A stretch of DNA of 64,000 nt, taken from positions 1,098 through 65,097 of the forward strand of contig CBDDGS010000037.1 in assembly GCA_965227935.1 (NCBI GenBank). The letters run 5' to 3'. The notes beneath the pieces are model-generated. The model made no database searches, was not told where the DNA came from, and saw nothing but the letters and a program-made list of their open reading frames with translations. Below are positions 18,404 to 27,572 of the stretch, in pieces (position 1 is the stretch's first letter; the number at the start of each line of letters is the position of its first letter). Source of the stretch: Cyclobacteriaceae bacterium (lineage in GTDB: Bacteria > Bacteroidota > Bacteroidia > Cytophagales > Cyclobacteriaceae). The translations under genes were made by a program, and so were the position numbers.

Positions 18404-20625
18404 GAATTGCACTGACGATATTGATTCTTCTTCATATGGTCTCATCCGGGGCTCAGGATCATCCCAATTTGATCCTGACCCTTGATGGGATAACATCCAT
18501 GAGAAGTGTGAAGGGGCAGGTGGCTTTGTTTGACAAATCCATCGCCATGGCAAAGGAGCAGGTTGATGCCGAACTGGATAAGGGAATCGACGTGCCTACC
18601 CCCAAGGATCTGGCCGGCGGCTACACGCACGAAAGGCACAAGGCCAACTTCTTTACCATGCAGAAAGCGGGTGTCCTCTTTCAAATTACTGAAGAGGAGA
18701 AGTATGCAACCTACATCAGAGACATGCTACTGCAGTATGCCGAGATGTATCCAACACTCGGCAAGCATCCCGCAACGCGCTCCTACGCCAGAGGCAAGTT
18801 TTTCTGGCAATGTTTGAATGACGCCAACTGGCTAGTGTACACCAGTCAGGCCTACGACTGCATCTATGATTGGCTGGATCAGGGTACGCGGGAGAAACTC
18901 AATAGCGAGCTCTTCCGACCCTACGCAGAATACATTTCGGTAGAGAATCCTCAGTTCTTCAACCGTATCCACAATCACAGTACGTGGGGCAATGCCGCCG
19001 TGGGAATGATCGGGTTGGTCATGGGAGATGAGGAACTGGTGAAGTGGGCGCTCTACGGTCTGGACGTCAAGGTGCCGGGCGATATCGTCAAGGACAATGA
19101 CGGTGGGGCCATCCAACTGGAAGGACAGAAGGAGGCCGGATTCTTAGCGCAATTGGATCACGCCTTTTCACCAGATGGCTACTATACCGAGGGGCCTTAC
19201 TACCAGCGGTATGCGATGTATCCGTTCCTCATATTCGCACAGGGCCTGGCCAATGTGAAACCAGAGCTTGACATACTCAACTACCGGGAAGGTCTGCTGA
19301 TCAAAGCCGTGTATGCTCTGATCAATCAAACGAACTCAGCCGGGGAGTTCTTTCCCATCAACGACGCCCAAAAAGGCATGTCCCTCATGTCTCGGGAGTT
19401 GGTCAATGCCGTGAGCATGGCTTATCACTACGGTGCGCAAGACCCTCAGCTGCTTTCTATCGTAGAACAGCAAGGCCGGGTACCCCTGAATGATGCCGGA
19501 TTGTCTGCCGCACGGGGGATCGCCGATGGCCATGCCGAGCCTTATCAGTTTACGAGCCTCGAACTCACGGACGGCGCCAACGGCGGCGAAGGTGCTATTG
19601 GCATCTTAAGAAAAGATGGTCTGACCCTGATGATGAAGTACGCGAAACATGGCATGGGGCACGGTCATTTCGATCGCTTGGGCTTTTTGCTCTACGATGA
19701 AGAAAAAGAGGTCATACAAGACTATGGCTCGGCGAGGTGGGTCAACATCGAGCACAAAGACGGTGGCGGCTACCTGAAGGAGAACACAAGCTGGGCCAAG
19801 CAGACTGTGGCACACAATACCCTGGTCGTTGACAAAGACTCTCACTTTGATGGTGATGTGAAGGAGGCGGACAAAACTTCTGCCACACCCTATTATTTCC
19901 TGGCTGGCGACGATGTACAAATCATGAGCGCCAAAGAGACCAATGCCTATAGTAATGTGGTGATGCATCGGACCATGGCGGTACTGGAGGTTAATGGAGT
20001 GGAAAATCCATTGATCATAGATCTGTTTGCGGTGCAGGCTCCAGAAGGAACGCGATACGACCTGCCCCTCTACTACCTCGGAGAGATGATGTCTTCGAAT
20101 CAGGAATTTGAGACAAACAATGACTTGTCCGCAATGGGCACCAATGACGGCTACCAACACCTATGGCAGGAAGCGCTAGCCAACCTGCAGGGCGAGACCT
20201 TCCGGTTCACCTGGTTCAATGGTAGGAATTTCTATTCATTGAATAGCGCCACGAGGGCTGGAGACGAGCTGTTGCTGACGCGCATAGGAGCCAATGATCC
20301 CAATTTCAACTTGAGGAGGGATCCGGGGATGATTCACCGCCGAACAGGAGGGAACACACTGTTCGCCAGTCTGTATGAAACCCATGGCTTCTACAGCTAC
20401 CCGGATGAGATTCCCATCAACTCATTCACATCAGTGGCCAACCTCGAAATCCTCCATGAATCTGAGGAGTATGTCGCGGTAGCCTTCGCACTCCAAAGTG
20501 GAGAGCACTACCTCTTTGCTTTCTCCTTGCAAGATGCCAGCGAATCGGGTAGGCACCAGCTTGACTTATCAACTGGCCAACTGACGTGGGACGGAGTTTA
20601 CGATTTCAAAAAATTAGATCAATAA
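18400..20625 (+). CDS. oligoalginate lyase, PL17-like (alginate_lyase + heparinase II/III domains)
   Basis: Signal peptide, plus NHSTWGN, YYTEGPYYQRY and HGMGHGHFD motifs. The GTG start overlaps the PL6 stop (GTGA). Confidence 0.85.
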   Translation: MRIALTILILLHMVSSGAQDHPNLILTLDGITSMRSVKGQVALFDKSIAMAKEQVDAELDKGIDVPTPKDLAGGYTHERHKANFFTMQKAGVLFQITEEEKYATYIRDMLLQYAEMYPTLGKHPATRSYARGKFFWQCLNDANWLVYTSQAYDCIYDWLDQGTREKLNSELFRPYAEYISVENPQFFNRIHNHSTWGNAAVGMIGLVMGDEELVKWALYGLDVKVPGDIVKDNDGGAIQLEGQKEAGFLAQLDHAFSPDGYYTEGPYYQRYAMYPFLIFAQGLANVKPELDILNYREGLLIKAVYALINQTNSAGEFFPINDAQKGMSLMSRELVNAVSMAYHYGAQDPQLLSIVEQQGRVPLNDAGLSAARGIADGHAEPYQFTSLELTDGANGGEGAIGILRKDGLTLMMKYAKHGMGHGHFDRLGFLLYDEEKEVIQDYGSARWVNIEHKDGGGYLKENTSWAKQTVAHNTLVVDKDSHFDGDVKEADKTSATPYYFLAGDDVQIMSAKETNAYSNVVMHRTMAVLEVNGVENPLIIDLFAVQAPEGTRYDLPLYYLGEMMSSNQEFETNNDLSAMGTNDGYQHLWQEALANLQGETFRFTWFNGRNFYSLNSATRAGDELLLTRIGANDPNFNLRRDPGMIHRRTGGNTLFASLYETHGFYSYPDEIPINSFTSVANLEILHESEEYVAVAFALQSGEHYLFAFSLQDASESGRHQLDLSTGQLTWDGVYDFKKLDQ

Positions 20626-20628
20626 GAT

Positions 20629-21003
20629 ATGAGCAGAAACAGCGAAAAATACATTTTGACTGAAGGCATGGAATGGGAAGAACTCGGCGGAGGCGTGTCC
20701 CGTAAGATGCTCGGCTATGACAATCAGATCATGATGGTCCTGGTGAAGTTTGAGAAGGGTGCCTTGGGTTCCCCTCACAGTCACTTTCATACCCAGACAA
20801 CCTACTGCGTTGAAGGGGCATTCGAATTTGAGATTGATGGGGTAAAACAGGTAGTGAAAGCCGGAGACGGCGTCTACATCGAACCGAACCTGCTGCACAG
20901 CGCGCGCTGCCTGGAGGCAGGAATGCTGATCGACACATTCAGCCCGGTGAGGGAGGACTTCCTGAGTGGTGGCGGAGTGTCCTATTTCGGGGATAAGGAT
21001 TAA
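20629..21003 (+). CDS. kdgF: cupin-domain protein KdgF
   Basis: 124-aa cupin with His cluster GSPHSHFHTQ. It sits in the canonical position after the lyases. Confidence 0.85.
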   Translation: MSRNSEKYILTEGMEWEELGGGVSRKMLGYDNQIMMVLVKFEKGALGSPHSHFHTQTTYCVEGAFEFEIDGVKQVVKAGDGVYIEPNLLHSARCLEAGMLIDTFSPVREDFLSGGGVSYFGDKD

Positions 21004-21025
21004 AACCTAGCAACTCAACCTAACA

Positions 21026-22312
21026 ATGAAGATTAAGGGATTAAGATGGTGGGTGATTGGCTTGATTGCATTGGCCACCATTATCAACTACATCGACAGG
21101 CAATCGATCAACGTGCTTTGGCCGGAGATCTCCGAGCAGCTCTATCCTGACAAAACGCTGGATGAGCGCAAAGAGATTTACTCGCTCATATCCGTCATAT
21201 TCGTTTTTGCCTACGCCTTTGGGCAGGCCATTTTCGGGCGCATATTTGATTGGATTGGAACACGTCTTGGATTTGCCCTTTCTATCGGCGTCTGGTCCGC
21301 CGCGACGGCGCTGCACGCCTTGGCCCGGTCGTTCGCAGGGTTTGCTATTTTCAGATCTATTTTGGGCATCGCGGAAGCAGGAAACTGGCCGGGGGCAGCA
21401 AAAGGAAATGCGGAATGGTTTCCAACCAAAGAGCGGGCCTTTGCCCAAGGGCTGTTCAATTCAGGAGCTGCCATCGGAGGGATCATTTCCATACCCCTCA
21501 TTGCCTTCCTGACAATCTACTTCAGCTGGCAGATGATATTTGTGCTCATAGGGGTGACAGGCTTTCTGTGGCTGCTCCCATGGATGTATTTGGTGAAGAC
21601 TCCGCCTAAGAATCATCCATGGATCACCGATGAGGAACGAAAGTACATTTTAGATGGGCAGAAGAACGAGGCGCCTGTCGAAGAGGAGGCTTCCGTAGAG
21701 GTCGATGAAAAAGTATTGACACACAAGCAGAGCTGGGGAGTGATCATCGCTTCGGCGGCTATCGATCCCATTTGGTGGCTTTTCGTTTTTTGGATTCCGA
21801 TTTATCTGTCGGAAGTCTATGGCATGGACGTCAAAGGGATTGGGATCTATGGATGGGTGCCGTACGTAGGTGCGATGCTCGGGGCCTGGTTTGGAGGTCT
21901 TTTTGCCCAAAACAGGATGAAGGCAGGCTGGGACGTCAATAAGACAAGAAAGACAGTAATTACACTGGGTTGTCTGATCATGCTACCCGCTTTGATGGCT
22001 ATGGCCAACCCCGGGGCACCGATAACAGCGGTATTGATCATGGCCGTGATTCTCTTCGGATTTCAGACGACTATCGGCAATGTTCAGACCCTGCCGAGCG
22101 ATTTCTTCAGTGGAAAATCAGTAGGTACGCTTTCCGGATTTGCCGGTATGGCTGCAAAACTTACAGCGGCTGGACTCACTTATCTCGTTCCGTGGCTGAC
22201 CATGGGCGGGAACTACACACCAGCATTCGTGATAGGTGCTGCGCTTGCCTTAATCGCCCTTGCCGCGGTCTGGGTGCTGTGTGGGAGAATTGAACCAGTC
22301 CGATCAAAATGA
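21026..22312 (+). CDS. MFS transporter, ExuT-like hexuronate/sugar-acid permease
   Basis: 12 predicted TM spans. The N-terminal RWWVIGLIALATIINYIDRQ is typical of ACS/ExuT-type MFS transporters. Confidence 0.9.
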   Translation: MKIKGLRWWVIGLIALATIINYIDRQSINVLWPEISEQLYPDKTLDERKEIYSLISVIFVFAYAFGQAIFGRIFDWIGTRLGFALSIGVWSAATALHALARSFAGFAIFRSILGIAEAGNWPGAAKGNAEWFPTKERAFAQGLFNSGAAIGGIISIPLIAFLTIYFSWQMIFVLIGVTGFLWLLPWMYLVKTPPKNHPWITDEERKYILDGQKNEAPVEEEASVEVDEKVLTHKQSWGVIIASAAIDPIWWLFVFWIPIYLSEVYGMDVKGIGIYGWVPYVGAMLGAWFGGLFAQNRMKAGWDVNKTRKTVITLGCLIMLPALMAMANPGAPITAVLIMAVILFGFQTTIGNVQTLPSDFFSGKSVGTLSGFAGMAAKLTAAGLTYLVPWLTMGGNYTPAFVIGAALALIALAAVWVLCGRIEPVRSK

Positions 22313-22340
22313 TGACTTCATAACTAACAAGAATAAAAAA

Positions 22341-23105
22341 ATGGGAAAATCAGAAAATAAAGTCGCGATAGTTACCGGTGCAACAGGTGGCATTGGTTTC
22401 GCGGTAGCGAAAAGGTTGGGCCAGGAAGGCTACACCGTGGTCTTAAATGGCATCGAAAACGAAATGGGAACGTTGAGAGTCGAAGAGCTCACCCAGCAAG
22501 GTATCGACGCTGAGTACCGTGGCTTCGATGTCACTAACGAAGAGGAAGTGACTTCAGCTATCAAGTCGGTCGGTGAGAAGTATGGACGAATTGATGTGCT
22601 CGTCAACAATGCCGGCGGATTAGGCGGAAGATCACGGTTCGAGGACATGACGACAGATTTTTACCGGGCAGTAATGGCCCTCAATCTGGATTCGGTGTTC
22701 TTCACTTCGAGGGCAGCTATCCCTTACTTGAAGAAAGGAGAGCATCCTACGATAATCAACTATACGTCCAATGCGGGATGGAATGCCGGAGGACCTGGGG
22801 CCGGAATTTACGGTACGTCAAAAGCCGGAGTCCATGCCATTACCCGGGCGTTGGCCAAAGACTTGGCTGAGTACGGCATCAGGGTCAACGCTGTATCCCC
22901 AGGCACCATCGATACGCCGTTTCATGCCCAGATCAAAGCGACGAAGCCGGAGGTATTCGCATCGTGGAAGAACAACATTCTATTGGGGAGACTGGGAGAA
23001 CCAGAAGAAGTCGCTTCCGTTGTGGCGTTTTTGGCTGGCAAGGAGGCATCTTTCTTGACTGCCGAGACCATTCAAATTGGTGGAGGCCAGGCATTGGGAA
23101 TATAG
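22341..23105 (+). CDS. SDR-family oxidoreductase (candidate DEH reductase)
   Basis: TGATGGIG, NNAG and catalytic YGTSK motifs. ATG 22341 lies after the MFS stop. Confidence 0.9.
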   Translation: MGKSENKVAIVTGATGGIGFAVAKRLGQEGYTVVLNGIENEMGTLRVEELTQQGIDAEYRGFDVTNEEEVTSAIKSVGEKYGRIDVLVNNAGGLGGRSRFEDMTTDFYRAVMALNLDSVFFTSRAAIPYLKKGEHPTIINYTSNAGWNAGGPGAGIYGTSKAGVHAITRALAKDLAEYGIRVNAVSPGTIDTPFHAQIKATKPEVFASWKNNILLGRLGEPEEVASVVAFLAGKEASFLTAETIQIGGGQALGI

Positions 23106-23128
23106 GATCTAACTAAAATCTTGTGTCG

Positions 23129-23881
23129 ATGAAATTGCAAGGTAAAGTAGCCGTAGTAACGGGTGGCGCCCGTGACATAGGAAGAGCCATATGCGTGAAG
23201 CTGGCGAAAGAAGGCGCGAAGGTCGCCGTCAACTACTTCAACAGCGAAAAAGATAGCCAGGACACCCTTGAGGCCATTAAGGCGGTCGGGGGTGAAGCCA
23301 TCGCGATACGCGGAGATGTGACCAAAAAAGAAGACATCGAGGCCATGGTGGCCAAGACCAAAGCGGCATTTGGTGATCGCGTGGATATTCTGGTCAACAA
23401 TGCGGGGGGGCTTTTCGCCAGAAAAAAGATTGAAGAGTTGGATGAGGCATTCTACGATCTGGTCATGAATGTCAATTTGAAGGGCACGGTCTTCGTGACA
23501 CAGGCCTTCAAGTCATTGATGGGCGAAGGTGGCTCGATCATCAACATAGCATCACAGGCAGGGCGAGATGGCGGTGGCCCGGGTTCTGCTATCTACGCAG
23601 CATCCAAAGGCGCGGTCATGACATTGACACGAAACTGGGCAAAAGAACTAGGCCCTCAGGGTATCAGAATCAATGCAGTTTGTCCGGGGATGATTGCCAC
23701 AAAGTTTCACGATGACTTTACCCAGGATGAAGTGCGAGTCAAGGTAGCAGGGAGCACCCCACTCAGAAGAGAGGGGCAAGCCGCAGAGGTGGCTGATCTC
23801 GTGGCTTATCTTTCTGGTTGCGAAGCGTCATTCGTCACTGGCAACAATGTTGATATCAACGGCGGACTAGCCTTCTCATAG
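23129..23881 (+). CDS. SDR-family oxidoreductase, tandem paralogue
   Basis: TGGARDIG, NNAG and YAASK motifs. It shares the unusual AG-x-x-GGPG insertion before the catalytic Tyr with the upstream SDR. Confidence 0.9.
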   Translation: MKLQGKVAVVTGGARDIGRAICVKLAKEGAKVAVNYFNSEKDSQDTLEAIKAVGGEAIAIRGDVTKKEDIEAMVAKTKAAFGDRVDILVNNAGGLFARKKIEELDEAFYDLVMNVNLKGTVFVTQAFKSLMGEGGSIINIASQAGRDGGGPGSAIYAASKGAVMTLTRNWAKELGPQGIRINAVCPGMIATKFHDDFTQDEVRVKVAGSTPLRREGQAAEVADLVAYLSGCEASFVTGNNVDINGGLAFS

Positions 23882-23900
23882 CATCAACCTAAGCAAAAGG

Positions 23901-23940
23901 GCTTCGCTACAGGCCGCGCAAGTCGTGGCGGTAGCGGGGC
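23901..23940 (+). terminator. GC-rich stem-loop between SDR2 and pfk (possible terminator or attenuator)
   Basis: A 10-bp stem plus a 6-bp stem separated by a small internal loop, with a 5-nt apical loop, followed by ATTTTC. Confidence 0.45.
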
Positions 23941-24029
23941 ATTTTCAACCCCCAAAAGTGATGGTCAAATAGTAGGGAATGGATGGCTATTGTCCTTTCC
24001 CACATTCACTTATTAACTGGAGATAACTA

Positions 24030-25247
24030 ATGAATAAGTCTGTTGTCATCATCGCAGGCGGGGGGCCTGCTCCTGGCATCAATACGGTAATCAGCACCGT
24101 GGCCAAAGTTTTTTTGAAAGATGGATATCGGGTCCTTGGCGTTCACGAGGGCTACAAGGGTCTGATGTCAGCGGATCCGGAGGTCAAGGAGTTTGACTTT
24201 GATCACGCGGATAGGATTTTCAGTAGGGGAGGCTCGACGTTGGTGATGAGCCGTCACAAGCCCAAGGACCACGAGTTTAAGGCCGACTTCTTTCGCGACA
24301 ACAATGTGAAACTGCTTGTCACCATAGGTGGGGACGATACAGCAAGTACGGCGAATAGACTATCGAAATTCTTGCGAAACAATGATGTGGATGTCCAGAA
24401 CATCCATGTGCCTAAGACCATCGACAACGACCTCCCGCTGCCAGACCGGAATCCCACGTTTGGCTTCCATTCCGCGAAGGACGAAGGTGTGAAGATTGGG
24501 AACACGGTGTACGAGGATGCACGCACCAGCCGCAATTGGTTTGTAATGTCGACGATGGGGCGGTCTGCCGGGCATTTGGCGTTTGGGATCTCCACGGGAT
24601 GTCATTTTCCAATGATGATCATCCCGGAGATGTTCACTGACACCGAGCCAACCCTCGACAAGGTGATCAACCTGATCATTTCGTCGATGATCAAGCGAAA
24701 GATCTTGGGCGTGGAATATGGAGTAGCTGTCGTCAGCGAGGGCCTTTTCCACGTCATCTCCGAGGAAGAGCTCAAGAGCTGTGGCATACTCTTCACTTAC
24801 GATGACCATGGCCACCCGGAGCTGGGTAATGTGAGCAAATCCAACATCTTCAATGTGTTACTCCAGGAGAAGCTGAAGTCCATGGATATCAGTATCAAAA
24901 GCCGACCGGTCGAGATCGGCTATGAATTGCGATGCTGCCGACCCATTGGGTTTGATTTGACGCTGTGCACGCTGCTTGGGATTGGCGTAAAGAAGCTCTT
25001 CGATGAGGGGGTTTCCGGTTGCATCGTCACCGCTAACTCTAACGGAGATATTTCCCCCATGTACCTGTCAGAGTTCGAGGACGAGCAAGGGAAGATACCT
25101 CCGCGACTGGTCGACATGAGCTCTCAGATTGCGAAGCTCTCCTTGCAAAACCTGCACTACCTGGAAGAAAAGGATTACCCCGCAGCTAGCGAGTGGTTGG
25201 AGGATCCGTCGCAGTATGATTTTCACAAAACACTTAATTGGGCATGA
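24030..25247 (+). CDS. 6-phosphofructokinase with PPi-dependent-type signature residues
   Basis: GGPAPGIN, GGDDT (24327-24341) and PKTIDND (24411-24431) motifs. Confidence 0.9.
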   Translation: MNKSVVIIAGGGPAPGINTVISTVAKVFLKDGYRVLGVHEGYKGLMSADPEVKEFDFDHADRIFSRGGSTLVMSRHKPKDHEFKADFFRDNNVKLLVTIGGDDTASTANRLSKFLRNNDVDVQNIHVPKTIDNDLPLPDRNPTFGFHSAKDEGVKIGNTVYEDARTSRNWFVMSTMGRSAGHLAFGISTGCHFPMMIIPEMFTDTEPTLDKVINLIISSMIKRKILGVEYGVAVVSEGLFHVISEEELKSCGILFTYDDHGHPELGNVSKSNIFNVLLQEKLKSMDISIKSRPVEIGYELRCCRPIGFDLTLCTLLGIGVKKLFDEGVSGCIVTANSNGDISPMYLSEFEDEQGKIPPRLVDMSSQIAKLSLQNLHYLEEKDYPAASEWLEDPSQYDFHKTLNWA

Positions 25248-26251
25248 GCATGAAAGTAGTGACGTTTGGTGAGGTGATGATGAGGCTGTCCCCTCCGGGT
25301 CATGCGAAGTTCTCGCAAGCCACGCAGTTGGAGCTGGTGTATGGAGGTGGTGAGGCCAACGTGGCCATCTCGTTGGCCTACATGGGACTGGAGGCCATTC
25401 ATGTCACGCGCTTCCCGGATAATCTTATCGGGAGGGCTGCATCCCAGTTTCTTCGCCACCATTGGATCGATACCTCTGCAATTCAGTACGGTGGTCAATT
25501 CATGGGCAAGTACTTTCTGGAGAAAGGTGCGGTGCATCGGCCGAGCGAGGTGGTCTATGAGCGCGAGGGATCTTCTTTCGCTGAGGTGGAACCGGGCATG
25601 TTTGACTGGCAGGCCATACTAGAGGGTGCCAGCTGGTTCCATTGGACGGGGATCACTCCTGCTATCTCCGATGGTGCGGCGAAGAGCTGTCAGGAAGCCA
25701 TCAAGGTGGCCAATGATATGGGCATCACCGTTTCCTCGGACATTCATTCGAGGAAGAATTTGTGGCAATACGGTAAGAAGGAAAAGGAGGTGATTCCTCA
25801 GTTGGCACAGGGCTGCGATGTCATCATCGGTAGTGCTCGTGGCATCACTCAGATTTTTGGCCTTGGCGAAGAATATGTCGACGATTTTGGAGCCGCTGCT
25901 TCTCAACTACAAGCCATCACCCCCCGGGTGAAAAAAGTCTTTGACAAGCATCGTGAGGCGGTTAGTGCCTCTCACAATCGCATCCACGGCATGATGTGGA
26001 ACGGTGCTGAAATCCTCGAAACGCCCCAATTGGATGTGACACACATCATAGATCGCGTCGGTACTGGTGACGCGTATGCCGCGGGAGTGATTTATGGTCT
26101 CCTCAAATACAGTGAGGACCTGGATGCACTCAAGTTCGCTACGGCCGCTTGTGCACTGAAGCATACGGTGGAGGGGGACGCCAACATGGTGTCAGCGGAT
26201 AACGTCGCCAATGTCATGGACGGGGATACCGCCGGCAATATCATCAGATAG
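25244..26251 (+). CDS. kdgK: 2-dehydro-3-deoxygluconokinase (PfkB-family sugar kinase)
   Basis: GGGEANVA and VGTGDAYAAG motifs. Its ATG overlaps the pfk stop (ATGA); the alternative start is ATG 25250. Confidence 0.85.
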   Translation: MSMKVVTFGEVMMRLSPPGHAKFSQATQLELVYGGGEANVAISLAYMGLEAIHVTRFPDNLIGRAASQFLRHHWIDTSAIQYGGQFMGKYFLEKGAVHRPSEVVYEREGSSFAEVEPGMFDWQAILEGASWFHWTGITPAISDGAAKSCQEAIKVANDMGITVSSDIHSRKNLWQYGKKEKEVIPQLAQGCDVIIGSARGITQIFGLGEEYVDDFGAAASQLQAITPRVKKVFDKHREAVSASHNRIHGMMWNGAEILETPQLDVTHIIDRVGTGDAYAAGVIYGLLKYSEDLDALKFATAACALKHTVEGDANMVSADNVANVMDGDTAGNIIR

Positions 26252-26277
26252 CAGACCATCAAATTGAACCTAATACC

Positions 26278-27519
26278 ATGAACCGCATCTTCAAAGCATT
26301 GCTCGCCTTCGGACCGGGAATATTCGCCATTGGGTACACCATAGGAACAGGAAGTGTCACTTCCATGATCGTGGCGGGCAGCTCGTTTGGGATGCAATTG
26401 TTATGGGTATTGTTCTTAAGCTGTCTTTTTTCGGGGGCTTTGATTTTCGTGTCCGGTCAATATTACCTGGTCACTGGGGAGACCGCGTTATTGTCATTCA
26501 AGAAACACCTGCCCATTGGGAAGTGGATAGCCATCTTTATCATCATCGGCGTAGGGTTCGGTCAGTGGAACTCACTGATTGGCATTCTTGGTATCACCTC
26601 AAATATCATCTTCGAGATACTGCACATCTATTTTCCGGGAGCCGCAGATCATCAGTACGCGATAGTGTTAATCATCGCAGTGATTTTGATTGGTGTCATG
26701 TACAGCCTTTTGTTGCAAGGCACCTACTCTCTCTTCGAGAAGGTGCTGGTCGTGTTGGTCTCCTGCATGGGTCTGTCCTTTTTTATTACGCTCTTCTTTG
26801 TCTTCCCCTTACCGGTGGAGATAGCGAGGGGCATGGTGCCCTCTATCCCGAATGTTGCCGGTGGAAGCTTATTGGTTGCTGCTTTTGTGGGGACAACAAT
26901 GGCTTCTGCCACATTCTTGTCACGTCCACTTTTCATTCAAGGGAAGGGCTGGGGCCGGGCGCAACTCCAACAGCAAAAGCAGGATGCCTGGGTGGCAGCG
27001 GCATTGGTTTTTATTATCAGTGGCTCAATAATGGCCGTTGCCAGCGGGAGTTTATTTGGTACGGGCACCACAATCAACCAGGTGGTAGACATGTCGCAGG
27101 TGCTGGAGCCACTCGCGGGCAAGTTTGCCGTGTCCATCTTTTTCTTTGGCACACTCAGTGCCGGACTATCATCGATATTTCCGTGCCTGTTGATTGTACC
27201 CATTATGATCTCCGACTACAAGGCAGGCAATCTGGATACGAAATCAAGGCAGTTCAAGTGGATAACGGGCGTCGCCAGTCTGGTGGCCCTGACCATCCCA
27301 ATATTTGGAGCTAATCCCATCAAGGGACAACTACTGACGCAGGTTTTCAATGTCTTTGTGCTGCCATTGGTTATCGTGGGATTTATGGTGCTGGCCAATA
27401 AGAAGTCACTGGGAGAATACCGCAATGGATGGGTATTGAATGCACTCATGGGTTTGGCGCTGGTTTTCTCGCTGATTATTTCCTACAATGGCTTGTTGGC
27501 CATCATCGGATTTGAGTAA
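26278..27519 (+). CDS. Nramp-fold transporter homologue lacking the canonical metal-site motifs
   Basis: About 11 TM spans. The TM1 region reads GPGIFAIGYTIGTGSVTSMIVAGSSFGMQLLWV, which is Nramp-like but has IGTG where DPGN is expected. TM6 reads GTTMASATFLS where MPH is expected. Confidence 0.8.
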   Translation: MNRIFKALLAFGPGIFAIGYTIGTGSVTSMIVAGSSFGMQLLWVLFLSCLFSGALIFVSGQYYLVTGETALLSFKKHLPIGKWIAIFIIIGVGFGQWNSLIGILGITSNIIFEILHIYFPGAADHQYAIVLIIAVILIGVMYSLLLQGTYSLFEKVLVVLVSCMGLSFFITLFFVFPLPVEIARGMVPSIPNVAGGSLLVAAFVGTTMASATFLSRPLFIQGKGWGRAQLQQQKQDAWVAAALVFIISGSIMAVASGSLFGTGTTINQVVDMSQVLEPLAGKFAVSIFFFGTLSAGLSSIFPCLLIVPIMISDYKAGNLDTKSRQFKWITGVASLVALTIPIFGANPIKGQLLTQVFNVFVLPLVIVGFMVLANKKSLGEYRNGWVLNALMGLALVFSLIISYNGLLAIIGFE

Positions 27520-27572
27520 CCGGTGTACTTTGTAAGACAAGGCGTTAGCTGCGTTATCGCTAGCTTTAGCCT

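Noticed and set aside
17801-18553. 250-aa ORF antisense to the PL6/PL17 junction
   Set aside because: It lies entirely within two strongly supported lyase genes. Its His/Asp/Val/Gly-rich composition is typical of a reverse-complement shadow, and it has no promoter box or recognisable motif.
26403-27314. 303-aa alternative-frame ORF inside the Nramp-like gene
   Set aside because: It is Arg/His/Trp/Cys-rich and non-membrane-like, while the 26278 frame gives a coherent polytopic Nramp-fold protein.
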